Positions 60,701 to 64,000 of a stretch of 64,000 nt of DNA are shown here, piece after piece. The stretch lies in NCBI RefSeq assembly GCF_001194135.2, contig NC_068988.1, positions 73,322,362-73,386,361 of the forward strand, in the 5' to 3' direction. The position numbers and the translations under genes were made by a program. Under the pieces are notes generated by a model. The model was not told where the DNA came from. It ran no database searches and saw nothing but the letters and a program-made list of their open reading frames with translations. Within the stretch, counting starts at the first letter, position 1. Each line of letters begins with the position of its first letter. The DNA comes from Octopus bimaculoides (lineage: Eukaryota).

Positions 60701-60824
60701 TAGCTGGAGTATTGGACAAAATGCTTTGCAGTATTCATTCCATCTTTTTACATTCTAAATGCTTTGAATGGTGTGGCAAACTTATCTTTATTTCACCTAC
60801 AAGAGGGTGTTGTGTAAAAAACAT

Positions 60825-60962
60825 CCCAAGAAGTTTGCTTCCCAACCACATGATTCTGGGTTCAGTCCCACTGCGTGGCATCTTGGATAAGTGTCTACTA
60901 TAGCCTCAGGCTGACCAAAGCCTTGTGAGTGGATTCGATTGATGGAAACTGAAAGATGTCCA
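60825..60962 (+). mobile_element. SINE family A head only
   Basis: GGGTTCAGTCCCACTGCGTGGC...GATGGAAACTGAAAGA. Confidence 0.8.
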
Positions 60963-60969
60963 TATATCA

Positions 60970-62200
60970 TCATTTATTATCATTGTTTAATGTCTGCCTT
61001 CCATGCTGGCATGGGTGGGATGGTTTGGCAGGAGCTGGCCAGGCAGAAGCTTGCACTTGACTTCTGTGTCTGTTTTGGCAATGTTTTTATGGTTGGATGC
61101 CCTTCCTAGCACCAACCACTCAGCAGAGTGGACTGGGTGCTTTTTATGTGGCACAAGCACAGGCAAGGTGAGTTTTGGCAAGGTTTTTACAGCTGGATGC
61201 CCTTCCAAATGCCAACCACTTTATAGTGTGGACTGGAAGCTTTTTAAATGACACCTGCACTGACAGGGTCACCAAGTAATTTGCATGACAAAAATATTTT
61301 GAGAGAGGAGGGGGCATTGGAGGAGGTGATCTGGTGTCAGACAATGAAAGGTTATAGGGAGACAGAGACACAAACAGATGTCTAGCTGTAGAGGAGGTAC
61401 AAAGTTACTCAGCTGGTTGGGGGGGGGGGAGAAAGATCAAGAATGAGGACAGAAACAGGTGTCCTGCCATAAAGGAGATACATGGTTACCCAACAGGAGA
61501 GGAAAGCAGGAGAAGGAGAGAGAGAGTGGAAGACAGCAGGATAGAGATGGTGGATCAGGATATAAATGGGATGATCAAGTAAAAGAAGAGAGAGATAGAT
61601 GGTGGCAAGTCTCATGGCGTACCCTTGAGGTTCAAAGGTCATAATTTAAATGGAAGGACATTGCCAAAGAAGCGTGAATAGGGAGTGAGGAAGGGGAATG
61701 CAGTGACTGGTGAAAACCTGGGTATATAGAGGTGGTGGAACTACCAGATAGCAATGATACAGAGAAACAGGGCCGTAAGGACAGGTTTGAGGAGTGATAG
61801 GTAAGTATAATGCATGAAGGAGAGGAAGAGAAGAGATGTAGAGGTGTAGTTTGGTTTGTTGGAGTTAGGATGTGTGAAAAGTTGTCCTGTTATGTGTAGG
61901 TGGAACACACAGGTCAGGAGCTAGTGGAAAGCAATTATATGGTGAAACAGGGTCAAGAGGACAGGATTGGGGAGTGGGAGATGAGCATAGTGCATGAAAG
62001 AGGAAATGTGAAGAGGAGAAATATAGATGTAGTTTGGTTTGTTGGGGTAGGGTGTGTGAAGAGTTTTCTTGTTACATGTGGGTAGAACACACAACACTTC
62101 CAGAACTCAGTTTCACTGACATGGGTGGGTCTTCTCAAGAACCTCATATCACCAGACATCTCGGTCCATTGTCATTCCCTCTGTGAGGCTCAACATCCTG
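60970..62200 (-). repeat. RTE-type tail plus purine-rich body (reverse orientation)
   Basis: Reverse complement of the 37700-38460 and 15940-16920 modules; RTE C-terminal end at 62100-62200. Confidence 0.6.
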
Positions 62201-62204
62201 ATAT

Positions 62205-62345
62205 GTGTGTGTGTGTTAGTGTCTCTTTGTTCCCCACCACCACTTGACAACCGGAGTTGATGTGTTTATGTTCCCATAACTTAGCAGTCTGACAAAAGAT
62301 ACCGATAGAATGAGTACCAGGCATAAAAGATAAGTACTAGTATTG
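62205..62345 (+). mobile_element. SINE family A 3' module fragment
   Basis: TTTGTTCCCCACCACCACTTGACAACC...GATAGAATGAGTACCAGG. Confidence 0.75.
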
Positions 62346-62722
62346 GTTCAATTGACTTTGGTAAACTACAGCGGAGAGATGTCCTGGATATAGATAAAGA
62401 TGAAACAGTCAATTGTTAGAATGTCTTTCACGATAGGCCTGCTTGATCAATACTAAATTAAGGCTAAACCACAACTGCAACTGGTGGAAGGAGGAAGATG
62501 AATAGAACCATCCAACCTGTATTTTTATAGTGAAAATATATTCATTTGTAAATTAATTTTTGAAAATTCTGTTACTCTATATTTTATACTATTTAAGTGA
62601 ATATTTTTAAAGTTACTTTTTAATTTTCTTAAAATGGGTGTTTTGAAAAATTGTCTAGGGTAAGGACATTATAATTTGTGTCTCTATTCTGTCATTTAAC
62701 ATTATCTAGTATGTAGATAATA

Positions 62723-63721
62723 TTGGATCATCCTATAAATAATGTGTTTTTTTTTATACTTCATTTATTTTTCAAAATTAAGATAAACAAAGTTCTTTTT
62801 AAATCTAAAATATACTCCCTTTCATTTTCTACAGTATTCTTCCATCTATCTGGTAGACTTGCAAGGCCCCCTCTTCCAAAATTCACTTGTCCACGATGAA
62901 AAATATTCCTCCAGTACTATTCTGACCTTGTCTATAGATTTCAATTTTTTCCATCCAAATGATTTTGAAGACTGTGGAATAAACAATAATCAGATGGGGC
63001 AATGTCCAGCGAATATGGTGAGTGAGGCATCATTTCTCATTCAAACTGCTCCAGTCTTTGGAATGTCATCCTCACTGTATGTGGCTGAACATTATCCTGA
63101 TAGAAGAACATCTTTCATCTTGAAACCAAAGAGGGTTGTTTTTCTTCTTGTGCTCACTTAAGCCACTCAAGCTGCTCAAAGTAGATCTCCTTTGTTATCG
63201 TTTGGTTTGGGTTTAGAAGTTCAAAATGGACTAAACCTTTCATATCCCACCAAACAGATAACAACACCTTTCGTGGGTGAAGACCTTTAGCTTGAGGTGC
63301 TGGTGTTTCTCCTTTCCCTACCTACTGTCTTTGGCAGAACCCATTTCTCGTCACCAATCACTATTCAGTCCACAAAAGGTTCATTCATGAGACATGACAG
63401 TAAAGAAGAGCACACTGGCTTACGCTTATTGTCTGATCTCTATATACTGCATTAATATTCCTCGCACTTTTTGTTGCGTTGTTGCCTTTATTGAACTCAT
63501 AAAGCAAAATATGCTGAATATGCTCCCTTGTCACTTTCGTTATAGATTTGAAAAAATAACTGTTAAAGTTGAATTGCTCTCTTCAAAACTTGCACTAAGA
63601 ATAAGGACAAGGTAAAATTACAACCTGCTTTTATAGCAAGTTGATGCAGGTAGTTTATCCTGTCCCCACTCCAACTTTTAGTTCATGCAGTGAAAACTGC
63701 ATTATTTATGGGATGACCCAA
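62723..63721 (-). mobile_element. mariner (DD34D) element with both TIRs, 5' internal deletion
   Basis: TA|TTGGATCATCCTATAAATAATG ... CATTATTTATGGGATGACCCAA|TA; minus strand VIGDEKWV, LSVWWDMKG, YQDNVQPH, SPYSLDIAPSDY. Confidence 0.88.
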
Positions 63722-64000
63722 TATATATATTTATTTTCAATCAGCTATTTATTTTATATGCATGTAGTTTGTAAAGCATAAATTCAAAAACTAGCAAAAA
63801 TATTTGTATTCTTAAATAATATAATAATATATTCAACAATATCACTTTGTTGAATCAATTTCCAAAGCTTGTTCAGTTTTGATTGATAATCCTGGATCTT
63901 GATGGTGTGTAAAATGAAATAGAATTCATGTGAAGTTTGTGACAGAACTAAAGGAAATCCGTAAGATGTAGGAATATCAGGTGATAGGAAGACAAAAGGA

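Overview
AT-rich, microsatellite-dense metazoan genomic window with four assembly gaps; about two-thirds looks transposon-derived. The SINE/RTE repertoire and simple-repeat load suggest a cephalopod (octopus-like) genome, which is inference. The only host protein-coding sequence I recognise is a single-exon SMIM12 orthologue (42858-43124, minus). It has a 5'UTR splice acceptor and a possible first exon about 11 kb upstream, near a promoter-like region with an RFX X-box. The rest is a layered set of decayed mobile elements: RTE, CR1-like, Tx1/L1-like and Hero-like LINEs; two Penelope-like fragments; a Gypsy pol remnant; MULE, Tc1/mariner, pogo, hAT, Chapaev3-like and Helitron-like DNA elements; two tRNA-derived SINE families; and a long-TIR MITE with an 8-bp TSD. 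The most unusual signal is a set of minimal type-I hammerhead-ribozyme-like motifs at five loci. Two of them sit in about 100-bp inverted repeats, so a hammerhead is present on both strands, and two loci carry non-canonical catalytic cores. Coordinates of decayed elements are approximate, and family names come from motif recognition, not database searches.
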